In this document: one piece after another, positions 8,178 through 15,677 of the stretch | Position numbering within the stretch: the stretch's first letter is position 1 | How the letters are laid out: each line of letters opens with the position of its first letter | Assembly (NCBI GenBank): GCA_028712565.1 | Contig: JAQTPW010000004.1 | Span: 838 to 64,837, forward strand | Length of the DNA stretch: 64,000 bases | Reading direction: 5' to 3' | DNA from: Minisyncoccota bacterium | GTDB lineage: Bacteria > Patescibacteriota > Minisyncoccia > Minisyncoccales > JAQTPW01 | Program-made: the position numbers and the translations under genes | The notes under the pieces: generated by a model | The model's database searches: none | What the model was told of the DNA's origin: nothing | Seen by the model: the letters and a program-made list of their open reading frames with translations, nothing else

Positions 8178-9902
8178 ATGATAAATCAGGAGATCGCAAA
8201 AATATTTTATGAGATTGCCGATTTTTTAGAAATGGATGGAATCCAATTTAAACCTTATGCTTACCAAAAGGCGGCGATCACTTTGGAAACCCTAGAAGAA
8301 GATATAGAAAAAATTTATAAACAAGGAGGAAGAAAGGCCCTACTTGAAATTCCTGGCATTGGAGAGAGCATGGCTGATAAAATAGAAGAATATTTAAAGT
8401 CGGGCAGAATAAAATATTACGATTCTTTAAAAAAGAGAACCCCGATTAATATGGAAGAATTAATTCAAGTAGAGGGTTTGGGTCCCAAAAGAGCAAAAGT
8501 TTTATATCAAAAATTAGGAGTGGCTAATTTAAAAGATCTAGAAAAAGCAGCAATTTCCCACAAAATTTCTCCTTTGTTTGGATTTGGTGAAAAAACAGAA
8601 AAAAATATTTTAGAAGGCATTGAATTTTTAAAAAGGTCAAAGGGGAGATTTTTATTGGGAGATATTTTGCCAAGAGTAAAAGAAATTTTGGAGAAATTAA
8701 AAAATTTCAAAGAAGTGGAAGAAATTTCTGTTGCCGGCTCTGTGAGAAGAATGAAAGAAACAATAGGAGATGTTGATATTTTGGTTATTTCAAAAAATCC
8801 AGCAAAGGTTATGGATTTTTTTGTTTCTCAGCCAGGGGTTGTGAAAATCTGGGGAAAGGGATCTACAAAATCATCAATAAGGCTAAAAGACGGGCTCGAT
8901 ATGGATTTACGAGTTTTGCCAAAAAGGTCTTACGGCGCGGCTTTGCAGTATTTCACGGGTTCTAAAGACCATAATATTGCTTTGAGAAAAATCGCAATTG
9001 ATAAGGGTTTAAAACTTTCAGAGTATGGATTATTTCGAGGCTCAAAAATAATTGCCGGCAAAACTGAAGAAGAAATTTATAAAGCTCTTGGTATGGTTTG
9101 GATGGCGCCGGAATTAAGAGAAAATCAGGGAGAAATTGAAGCCTCTATAAAAAACGAGCTCCCTAAAATTGTAGGTTATAAAGACGTAAGAGGAGATTTG
9201 CATTCCCATTCAAATTGGGATGGAGGGACAAATACTTTAGAAGAAATGGCAAAATACGCGATTAATATGGGATACGAGTATTTAGGAATTTCCGATCATA
9301 CAAAATTTTTACGAATTGAGCACGGTTTGGATGAGAAAAAATTAGATCAAAGAAATAAAAAAATAGACGAGCTAAATTCTAAATCCTCTATTCTAAATTC
9401 TAATTTCCGCCTCTTAAAGGGCGCGGAAACCAATATTTTAAACGACGGTTCAATTGATATCCGGGACGAGTCGCTGAAAAAATTGGATTATGTAATAGCC
9501 GGCATTCACTCTAATTTTAAAATGCCAAGGGAAAAAATGACGCAAAGAATGATAAATGCGATGAAAAATAAAAATGTTGATATAATCTCCCATCCGACAG
9601 GTAGAATCTTAAAAAAAAGAGATGAATATGAAATAGATTTCGATAAAATTTTAAGGGTGGCAAAGGAGACCGGAACAATTTTGGAAATAAATGCTTCGCC
9701 TTGGAGATTGGATTTGGATGACCAAAATATTCGTCGGGCAAAAGAAGCCGGAGTCAAAATGGTAATTAATACGGACTCTCACCATAGAGACCAGTTAAGA
9801 TTTATGGAATTAGGCATTGCCCAAGCAAGACGCGGCTGGGCAGAAAAAGGAGATATTATCAATTGCTGGCCTTTAGAAAAAATGTTAAAATTTTTAAAAT
9901 AA
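8178..9902 (+). CDS. polX: family X DNA polymerase with C-terminal PHP domain (PolX)
   Basis: HhH motifs (IPGIGESMADKI, VEGLGPKRAKVLY), the GSVRRMKETIGDVDIL catalytic motif, and PHP DLHSHSNWDGG...ISDHT...NTDSH. Confidence 0.85.
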   Translation: MINQEIAKIFYEIADFLEMDGIQFKPYAYQKAAITLETLEEDIEKIYKQGGRKALLEIPGIGESMADKIEEYLKSGRIKYYDSLKKRTPINMEELIQVEGLGPKRAKVLYQKLGVANLKDLEKAAISHKISPLFGFGEKTEKNILEGIEFLKRSKGRFLLGDILPRVKEILEKLKNFKEVEEISVAGSVRRMKETIGDVDILVISKNPAKVMDFFVSQPGVVKIWGKGSTKSSIRLKDGLDMDLRVLPKRSYGAALQYFTGSKDHNIALRKIAIDKGLKLSEYGLFRGSKIIAGKTEEEIYKALGMVWMAPELRENQGEIEASIKNELPKIVGYKDVRGDLHSHSNWDGGTNTLEEMAKYAINMGYEYLGISDHTKFLRIEHGLDEKKLDQRNKKIDELNSKSSILNSNFRLLKGAETNILNDGSIDIRDESLKKLDYVIAGIHSNFKMPREKMTQRMINAMKNKNVDIISHPTGRILKKRDEYEIDFDKILRVAKETGTILEINASPWRLDLDDQNIRRAKEAGVKMVINTDSHHRDQLRFMELGIAQARRGWAEKGDIINCWPLEKMLKFLK

Positions 9903-9904
9903 TT

Positions 9905-10354
9905 ATGTCCGTAGAAAAATCAGCCGGAGCTGTAATATTTCGTAAAGAGCCCTCTCAAAAAGAGGGTAAAATTTATTATTTGCTTTTAAATTACCCCGGC
10001 TTTAGGCGTCCTACTTCTTATTGGGATTTGCCAAAAGGCCATATTGAAAAGGGAGAAGCTTTGGAAGATACAATGAGGCGAGAAGTCAGAGAAGAGACCG
10101 GATTGGTAGATATTGAACTTGTTCCAGATTTTAAGGAAACAATAAAATATTTTTTCAAATGGGAAAATAGCAATATAATGAAATTTGTCACTTTTTTTAT
10201 AGCAAAAACCAAAACCAAAGAGGTAAAAGTTTCCGGTGAACATTTAGGATATGAATGGCTGCCTTACGAAGAAGCGATAAAAAAACTGACTTTCAAAAAT
10301 GCAAAAAATATACTCCAAAAAGTTAATGACTTTATTTCAAGAAAGGGTTTATAA
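9905..10354 (+). CDS. NUDIX hydrolase
   Basis: Nudix box GHIEKGEALEDTMRREVREETGL. The ATG at 9905 directly follows the polX stop, so the ORF-track start at 9863 is probably too far upstream. Confidence 0.8.
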   Translation: MSVEKSAGAVIFRKEPSQKEGKIYYLLLNYPGFRRPTSYWDLPKGHIEKGEALEDTMRREVREETGLVDIELVPDFKETIKYFFKWENSNIMKFVTFFIAKTKTKEVKVSGEHLGYEWLPYEEAIKKLTFKNAKNILQKVNDFISRKGL

Positions 10355-10652
10355 TATTGTCAAAAAAATTCCTCGCGGAAAGGTAATGACATATAAAGAA
10401 GTAGCAAAGTTGGCAGGAAGCCCGAAAGCCTATCGGGCAGTGGGGAATATTTTGAATAAAAATCCAAATCCAAAAATAATTCCTTGTCATAGAGTAATAA
10501 AATCTGATGGAAATGTCGGCGGATATAAATTCGGGTCTCAAAAGAAGGCCTCTTTACTTAAAAAAGAAAGAGTGGTAATTAAGAATAAGAAGATTGTCCT
10601 TTCCCAATCTATTATTGGGTCAAAGAAAGGAGAGAAGTGGCTAATAAATTAA
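10326..10652 (+). CDS. ogt: methylated-DNA-protein-cysteine methyltransferase (MGMT family, DNA-binding/active-site domain only)
   Basis: VMTYKEVAKLAGSPKAYRAVGNIL...IPCHRVI active-site motif. The start is ambiguous (10299 or 10326) and overlaps the NUDIX 3' end. Confidence 0.7.
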   Translation: MTLFQERVYNIVKKIPRGKVMTYKEVAKLAGSPKAYRAVGNILNKNPNPKIIPCHRVIKSDGNVGGYKFGSQKKASLLKKERVVIKNKKIVLSQSIIGSKKGEKWLIN

Positions 10653-10849
10653 AACAAGAATGGAAGCAGTGTGAAACGTGTGGTTTAGTTACTGATTTAG
10701 ATGAAATACGTTGTCCAAGCGGGAACTTAGTGCATCATTTAAGAAATGTCCAGCTTGCTGAAGAAGAAATAGCAAAGTTTTTCGGTGAGAGAATGGTTTA
10801 CACTAAGCATGCCGCGAACTTGCAAATAATAACAAAAGTCCACTCATAG
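10637..10849 (+). CDS. hypothetical small protein with a CxxC motif
   Basis: AAAGGAGAG SD before the GTG at 10637; CETCG...CPSG. The stop codon lies inside the first terminator-repeat hairpin. Confidence 0.4.
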   Translation: MANKLKQEWKQCETCGLVTDLDEIRCPSGNLVHHLRNVQLAEEEIAKFFGERMVYTKHAANLQIITKVHS

Positions 10850-10946
10850 GTGGACTTTTATATTTTTATTCAAAAGTCCACTCATAGGTGGACTTTTATA
10901 TTTTTATTCAAAAGTCCACTCATAGGTGGACTTTTATATTTTTATT
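10833..10946. repeat. three perfect tandem copies of a 38-bp unit, each a terminator hairpin
   Basis: Units at 10833-10870, 10871-10908 and 10909-10946. Each has stem AAAAGTCCAC / GTGGACTTTT, loop TCATAG, then ATATTTTTATT. The array lies between convergent genes. Confidence 0.9.
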
Positions 10947-10954
10947 TTAGACTT

Positions 10955-11302
10955 TTAACTCTTCACTTTCTCTATTATCTTTCCGAAGATTTTAGGATGA
11001 GTTTGAGCGAGATCAGAGAGAACCTTCCGGTTTAATTCAATTTTGTTTTTCTTAAGAGAATTGATGAATTTGTTGTAAGGAATTCCTAATCTTCTGCAGG
11101 CAGCATTTATTTGAAGCTCCCATAATTTTCTAAAGTTTCTCTTATTAGCTTTCCTATCTCTATAAGCATATTCCCAGGCATGAAGCAGGGCTTCTTCTGC
11201 AGCCCTATAATTTGTTTTTCTCCTCCATTTAAAACCTTTCGCATATTCCAAAAGATGTTTTCTTCTTTTTTGTGAAAATTTACCGCCTTTTATCCTGACC
11301 AT
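10955..11302 (-). CDS. rplT: 50S ribosomal protein L20
   Basis: MVRIKGG...RRK...AYRDRKANKRNFRKLWELQINAA, the canonical L20 pattern. Confidence 0.95.
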   Translation of the reverse strand: MVRIKGGKFSQKRRKHLLEYAKGFKWRRKTNYRAAEEALLHAWEYAYRDRKANKRNFRKLWELQINAACRRLGIPYNKFINSLKKNKIELNRKVLSDLAQTHPKIFGKIIEKVKS

Positions 11303-11315
11303 AATAGTAAATTAA

Positions 11316-11501
11316 TTAAATTACCAGTAATTTCTTTATTTTCTTTGCGTCAACGTGGGGAACCAAAACCCACTTCCGGCTTTTCCTTACTTCTTCGCCA
11401 GTTTTTTTTGCCCGGTAATGATTAAGCCCGGTAGCTCTTCTTAAAATTTTTCCGTTTTTTGTTATTTTGAAACGTTTTAAAATTGATTTTCTTGTCTTCA
11501 T
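11316..11501 (-). CDS. rpmI: 50S ribosomal protein L35
   Basis: MKTRKSILKRFKITKNGKILRR...HYRAKK, 61 aa, in infC-rpmI-rplT order. Confidence 0.9.
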   Translation of the reverse strand: MKTRKSILKRFKITKNGKILRRATGLNHYRAKKTGEEVRKSRKWVLVPHVDAKKIKKLLVI

Positions 11502-11582
11502 TTCGCGATGCTAATATACTAATGCATACGGATGATACGAATTTATTAGTATAATTAGTATTAATTCGTATATTGGTATCGA

Positions 11583-12092
11583 TTATCCTTTTGTGATAAT
11601 CATTGTAAAACCCTTTGGCTCTCTTTTCAAGTCCCGTTCAACTTTTAGAGGAATTTGCTTTTCTAAAATTTCGTAGAATTGCTTAATTTTATCTACGGCG
11701 AAATTAGATAGCCCTTTTTCTCTTCCACGCAATACCATTTCCACTCTTATCTTATCTCCTCCTTCTAAAAATTTTTTCGCCTGATTTGCTCTTGTCTCCA
11801 AATCATGCTGGGAAATATTAAAAGTCAATCTAATTCCCTTTAATTCCCCGCCTTTATTTTTTGAATTGTCTTTTTCTTTTTTCTCTTGCCAATAAAGAAA
11901 TTTTCCATAATCCATTATTTTGCAAACTGGAGGATCAGCTTTTTCAGAAATCTGTATTAAATCTAAATTACGCTCTCTGGCAATTTGGAGCGCTTCGTCC
12001 AAGCTAACTACTCCCAACTGCTTTCCAGCTTCGTCTATCACTCTTACTTTTTCAGCCCTTATTTGATTATTTAACGGAGGTCTTTTTATCAA
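11583..12092 (-). CDS. infC: translation initiation factor IF-3
   Basis: INNQIRAEKVRVIDEAGKQLGV... pattern. There is no ATG; the ORF opens with TTG (12090-12092) followed by ATA, consistent with the unusual start codons known for infC. Confidence 0.9.
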   Translation of the reverse strand: MIKRPPLNNQIRAEKVRVIDEAGKQLGVVSLDEALQIARERNLDLIQISEKADPPVCKIMDYGKFLYWQEKKEKDNSKNKGGELKGIRLTFNISQHDLETRANQAKKFLEGGDKIRVEMVLRGREKGLSNFAVDKIKQFYEILEKQIPLKVERDLKREPKGFTMIITKG

Positions 12093-12108
12093 TTATTAAA
12101 AATTTTAG

Positions 12109-12459
12109 TGGAGGTGTGGGGACTTGGACCCCAATCCAGAAATTTTGCCAAAATATTTCTACAAATGTATCCTGTTTATTTAAGATGCCGGATTTGAAAC
12201 AGGAAAAATTTCAGCATCTTTTGCCTCTGTTTTTTGATAGTTTCCCGAGGCAAAAAACTATCTATCTCGATGTGTGACACCTGATGACGCCTATCGAGAA
12301 TCAACGGTCAGATGGTTTACGCGATTAGGCGCAAACAGTAGCAAGTTTTGGACTTGCGAATAAGTTAGCACTTATTCTAGTTGCTGGAAGTTTAATGAGA
12401 TTCTAGCAAACTCAATTTGCGTATTTTGGTAAAAGTTTCCGTCGAATCCTTGCACCCCC
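12109..12459 (-). ncRNA. ssrA: tmRNA (SsrA), one-piece, about 351 nt
   Basis: 5' GGGGGUGCAAGGAUUCGACGG. 3' T-arm GGGGUCCAAGUCCCC followed by CACCUCCA, which pairs with the 5' end and includes a G3:U pair. Candidate tag frame GCT AAC...GCC TAA at 12369-12325 gives (A)NLFASPKLATVCA*. Lies next to smpB. Confidence 0.85.
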
Positions 12460-12463
12460 AATG

Positions 12464-12472
12464 GTAATACCA
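12464..12472 (-). promoter_or_regulatory. extended -10 element TGGTATTAC upstream of ssrA
   Basis: Reverse complement of 12464-12472 reads TGGTATTAC and ends 4 nt before the tmRNA 5' G. It shares the TGGTAT core with other promoters here. Confidence 0.3.
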
Positions 12473-12515
12473 AGTGAGGTCGCGGCGCTAAATTCTATAT
12501 TCTAAATTCTAAATC

Positions 12516-12965
12516 CTAAAAATGTTTCAGCTCTCTTTGCATTTCTCTTTCTGTTTCGCGGTTTTTTATGCTTTCTCTTTTATCAAACTCTCTTTTTCCT
12601 TTTGCCAATCCGAATTCTATCTTTATTTTACCTTTTTTAGTATATACCCTCAATGGTACCATCGTCAAGCCTTTCTGTCGCGACTTGCCCAATAAGTATT
12701 CAATCTCCCGTTTTTTTAAAAGAAGTTTCCGGGACCTGTCTGATCTGTAATCTGCAGGCATATTTTTTGGCTGATAGGGGGGAACATTAGCTCCGATTAA
12801 AAAAACTTCGCTATTTTTATCAATCACAACATAAGATCCGGCCAAACTAATCCGCCCGTCTTTTATTGATTTTACTTCCTGCCCAATCAAAGAAATCCCT
12901 GCTTCAAACTTTTCCAGGATTTCATAGTTAAAATATGCTTTTTTGTTGTCAGCAAGTATCTCCAT
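12516..12965 (-). CDS. smpB: SsrA-binding protein SmpB
   Basis: NKKAYFNYEILEKFEAGISLIGQEVKSIK...RSRKLLLKKREI, the canonical SmpB pattern. Confidence 0.9.
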   Translation of the reverse strand: MEILADNKKAYFNYEILEKFEAGISLIGQEVKSIKDGRISLAGSYVVIDKNSEVFLIGANVPPYQPKNMPADYRSDRSRKLLLKKREIEYLLGKSRQKGLTMVPLRVYTKKGKIKIEFGLAKGKREFDKRESIKNRETEREMQRELKHF

Positions 12966-13065
12966 AAAATGTCTTGTAATTTTACTTTAGCATTAAAATT
13001 TGTAATTTAAAAAGGCGAAAAATCATCTTGATTTTGACCTAAAATAACGATAAAATCAATATATA

Positions 13066-14610
13066 ATGGCTCGAAAAGATATAAAAAAACTAATTGAAAA
13101 AGCAGTAAAAGAACTCTACAAAATAGATGCCGAGGTTAAAATTGACCGGCCGCAGGATTTGGCCTTTGGTGATTATTCCACAAATGTGGCAATGACGATA
13201 AAGAAAAATCCGCAGGAAATCGCCAACGCCATAAAATCAGGTTTGTTGGAAAAAATTGAGGTAAAAAATGGCTTCGTCAATTTTTTTCTCTCAAAAGAAT
13301 ATTTGCAAAATCAGGTTAGAGAAATTTTAAAACAAAAAGAATCCTTTGGCGAAATAGAAACCGGAAAGGGGAAAAAAATAAATGATGAATTTATTTCGGC
13401 AAACCCAACCGGGCCTTTAACTTTGGGAAATGGCAGGGGAGGGTTCTGCGGAGATGTCTTGGCAAATATTTTAGAAAAAGCATCTTTTAAAGTCGTTCGA
13501 GAATACTACATTAACGATACGGGTGAACAAATCAGAAAGCTTGGCCATTCGGTTTTGGGAGATGAAGAAGCAGTTTATAAAGGGGCTTACATTGAAGAAC
13601 TAAGAAAAAAAATCAAAATAGATAATCCCGAAAAAGCTGGCGAAAAAGCCGCAAAGATTATTCTGGAAGAAATGATAAAGCCCGCTATTAAAAAAATAGG
13701 GATAAAATTTGATGTCTGGTTTTCAGAAAAAAGCCTTCATGAGAAAAAGCAAATTGAAAAGGCGCTGGAATTTTTAAAAGCTAAAAGCTTATCTTACGAA
13801 AAAGAAGGAGCCCTCTGGTTTAAAACAACTAATTTTGGTGACGATAAGGACAGAGTTTTAATAAAGGCAGATGGCGAGACGACTTATTTGGCTTCAGATG
13901 TTGCTTATTTAAAAAACAAATTTGAAAGAGGGTTCGAGAAACTAATATTTTTTTGGGGAGCAGACCATTATGGCTATATTGCAAGAATAAAAGCTGCGAC
14001 AGAAGCTTTGGGTTATAAAAAAGAACAAATAGATATTATAATTGAACAATTAGTTAGACTCATCGAAAACGGAAAAGAAGTAAAAATGTCAAAAAGGTCT
14101 GGAATTTATGTTACGATAGATGAGTTAATTGGTGAGGTAGGGTTAGATGCGGCAAGATTTTTCTTTTTGACGCGAGGAGCAGATAGCCATTTGAATTTTG
14201 ATTTGAATTTAGCAAAAGAAAAAACAGAGAAAAATCCAGTTTATTATGTGCAATACGCTCATGCAAGAATATGCAGTATTATTAAAAAATCAAAAATCAA
14301 AAATCAAAAATTAAAAAGCGAATACGAAGATTTAAAATTGTTGAATCACGCGTCGGAGCTTAACTTAATTAAACAATTGATTAGGTTGCCGGAGATTGTT
14401 GAAGATACGGCAGAGGATTACCAAATTCAAAGGTTGCCGCAATATTCTATTGATTTGGCGACCGCTTTCCATGTTTTTTATCGGGATTGCCGCGTTATTA
14501 ATGAGGACGGAAATTCAAATAACCAAAGAATAGCTTTGCTATTGGCAACAAAAACAGTTTTAGAAAATACCCTAAAATTAATGGGGATTTCCGCGCCGGA
14601 AAAAATGTAA
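13066..14610 (+). CDS. argS: arginine--tRNA ligase
   Basis: SANPTGPLTLGNGRGG (HIGH region), ADHYGYIARIKA, and the C-terminal anticodon-binding pattern VYYVQYAHARICSI. Confidence 0.9.
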   Translation: MARKDIKKLIEKAVKELYKIDAEVKIDRPQDLAFGDYSTNVAMTIKKNPQEIANAIKSGLLEKIEVKNGFVNFFLSKEYLQNQVREILKQKESFGEIETGKGKKINDEFISANPTGPLTLGNGRGGFCGDVLANILEKASFKVVREYYINDTGEQIRKLGHSVLGDEEAVYKGAYIEELRKKIKIDNPEKAGEKAAKIILEEMIKPAIKKIGIKFDVWFSEKSLHEKKQIEKALEFLKAKSLSYEKEGALWFKTTNFGDDKDRVLIKADGETTYLASDVAYLKNKFERGFEKLIFFWGADHYGYIARIKAATEALGYKKEQIDIIIEQLVRLIENGKEVKMSKRSGIYVTIDELIGEVGLDAARFFFLTRGADSHLNFDLNLAKEKTEKNPVYYVQYAHARICSIIKKSKIKNQKLKSEYEDLKLLNHASELNLIKQLIRLPEIVEDTAEDYQIQRLPQYSIDLATAFHVFYRDCRVINEDGNSNNQRIALLLATKTVLENTLKLMGISAPEKM

Positions 14611-14636
14611 TTAGTCTTATGTTTAATAATAGGGGT

Positions 14637-14658
14637 GGGGGCACAACCCCCTTTTTTT
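14637..14658 (+). terminator. rho-independent terminator
   Basis: GGGGG-CACAA-CCCCC followed by TTTTTTT, just after the argS stop. Confidence 0.7.
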
Positions 14659-14710
14659 ATTTGGAAAATGGCGAATATTAACATTTCAGATATTTTATAT
14701 TCAATCTTGT

Positions 14711-14853
14711 AGGGTGATAATAAATACAGGGTTGATAATAAATACAGGGTTGATAATAAATACAGGGTTGATAATAAATACAGGGTTGATAATAAATACA
14801 GGGTTGATAATAAATACAGGGTTGATAATAAATACAGGGTTGATAATAAATAC
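14711..14853. repeat. 18-bp tandem repeat: one degenerate plus seven perfect copies of AGGGTTGATAATAAATAC
   Basis: Perfect units start at 14728, 14746, 14764, 14782, 14800, 14818 and 14836. They are contiguous with no spacers. Confidence 0.95.
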
Positions 14854-14902
14854 TATATATACTAAATATACCAAACCCCATTTTGTGTGATAAATAATAC
14901 CA

Positions 14903-14911
14903 TGGTATAAT
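14903..14911 (+). promoter_or_regulatory. extended -10 element TGGTATAAT
   Basis: Perfect TGnTATAAT about 29 nt upstream of the ATG at 14940. A near-identical context (ATGGTATAA-ATTACAATAA) recurs at 15579. Confidence 0.45.
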
Positions 14912-14939
14912 TATTACAATAAATAATATATTTAATTTG

Positions 14940-15524
14940 ATGAGTTTTATGAAAAAAATTACGAAAATAAAAAATAAATATTACTCTAAAGAAATCCTAA
15001 AGTATTTATTATTAAGCGGCATGATTTTTATTGCGGCATCTTCTCCATATTTTATTCTTAGACTAATGAGGAATACCTCAAAGTTTAAACAATCGCCCAA
15101 GAGAAAATTTTTAGATGCATTTAGTTATTTAAGAAATAAAGGTTTTATTGAAATTGAAAGGCGTGGTCACGATATAAAAATTTCCCTAACAGACGAAGGG
15201 AAAAAGAGGGCGGGGAAATATCAAATAGATGATTTAGAAATTGATATTCCAAAGAGATGGGATAAAAAATGGAGAATTATTATTTTTGATATTCCCGACA
15301 GTCAAAGAATTAAAAGAAATGTTTTTAGGGGCAAGATAAAAGAATTTGGTTTCTTCCCTCTCCAGAAGAGCGTTTGGGTATATCCCTACAAATGCGACAG
15401 AGAGGTTGGGTTAATAAGAGATTTTTTGGGGGTTACAAAAAAAGATATACAGGTGATTACTGCGGAAAAAATTGATAGTGAGGATCGACTTAAAGAATTT
15501 TTTAAAATAAAACTTAATATATAA
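14940..15524 (+). CDS. membrane-anchored wHTH protein with a PaaX-like / Cas2-like C-terminal domain
   Basis: N-terminal TM helix (LLLSGMIFIAASSPYFIL). wHTH-like LDAFSYLRNKGFIEIERRGHDIKISLTDEGKKRA. WDKKWRIIIFDIPDSQRIKRNVFRGKIKEFGFFPLQKSVWVYP matches the PaaX / Cas2 beta1-alpha1 pattern. Confidence 0.5.
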   Translation: MSFMKKITKIKNKYYSKEILKYLLLSGMIFIAASSPYFILRLMRNTSKFKQSPKRKFLDAFSYLRNKGFIEIERRGHDIKISLTDEGKKRAGKYQIDDLEIDIPKRWDKKWRIIIFDIPDSQRIKRNVFRGKIKEFGFFPLQKSVWVYPYKCDREVGLIRDFLGVTKKDIQVITAEKIDSEDRLKEFFKIKLNI

Positions 15525-15578
15525 CTCCTGCTTTTTAAAAGTATGACTAAATTGTAAATCGTTGTAAAAATAATGCGA

Positions 15579-15587
15579 TGGTATAAA
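15579..15587 (+). promoter_or_regulatory. extended -10-like element TGGTATAAA upstream of ileS
   Basis: About 90 nt upstream of the ileS ATG. Same sequence context as the promoter at 14903. Confidence 0.3.
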
Positions 15588-15677
15588 AATTACAATAATT
15601 ATATGTTGCTAAAGGCGATGCGATCATTCGTCTTTCAGGTTGATTTTAAGAGTTAAAAGTGATATTTTAAATAATAT

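Noticed and set aside
10850-11035. 61-aa plus-strand ORF
   Set aside because: It runs through the triple terminator repeat and then antisense into rplT. It has no SD and is a compositional artefact.
14678-14881. 67-aa ORF with a YYQPCI x8 repeat; also considered as a possible CRISPR-like array
   Set aside because: The peptide is only the minus-strand translation of the 18-bp tandem repeat. The units are contiguous with no spacers, so this is a simple tandem array, not a CRISPR locus or a gene.
15525-15677. T-box or other riboswitch leaders upstream of the aaRS genes, and a glmS ribozyme
   Set aside because: I found no T-box consensus or specifier-loop architecture in the ileS, glyQS, metG, argS or leuS upstream regions. 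glmS starts 2 nt after leuS, which leaves no room for a ribozyme.
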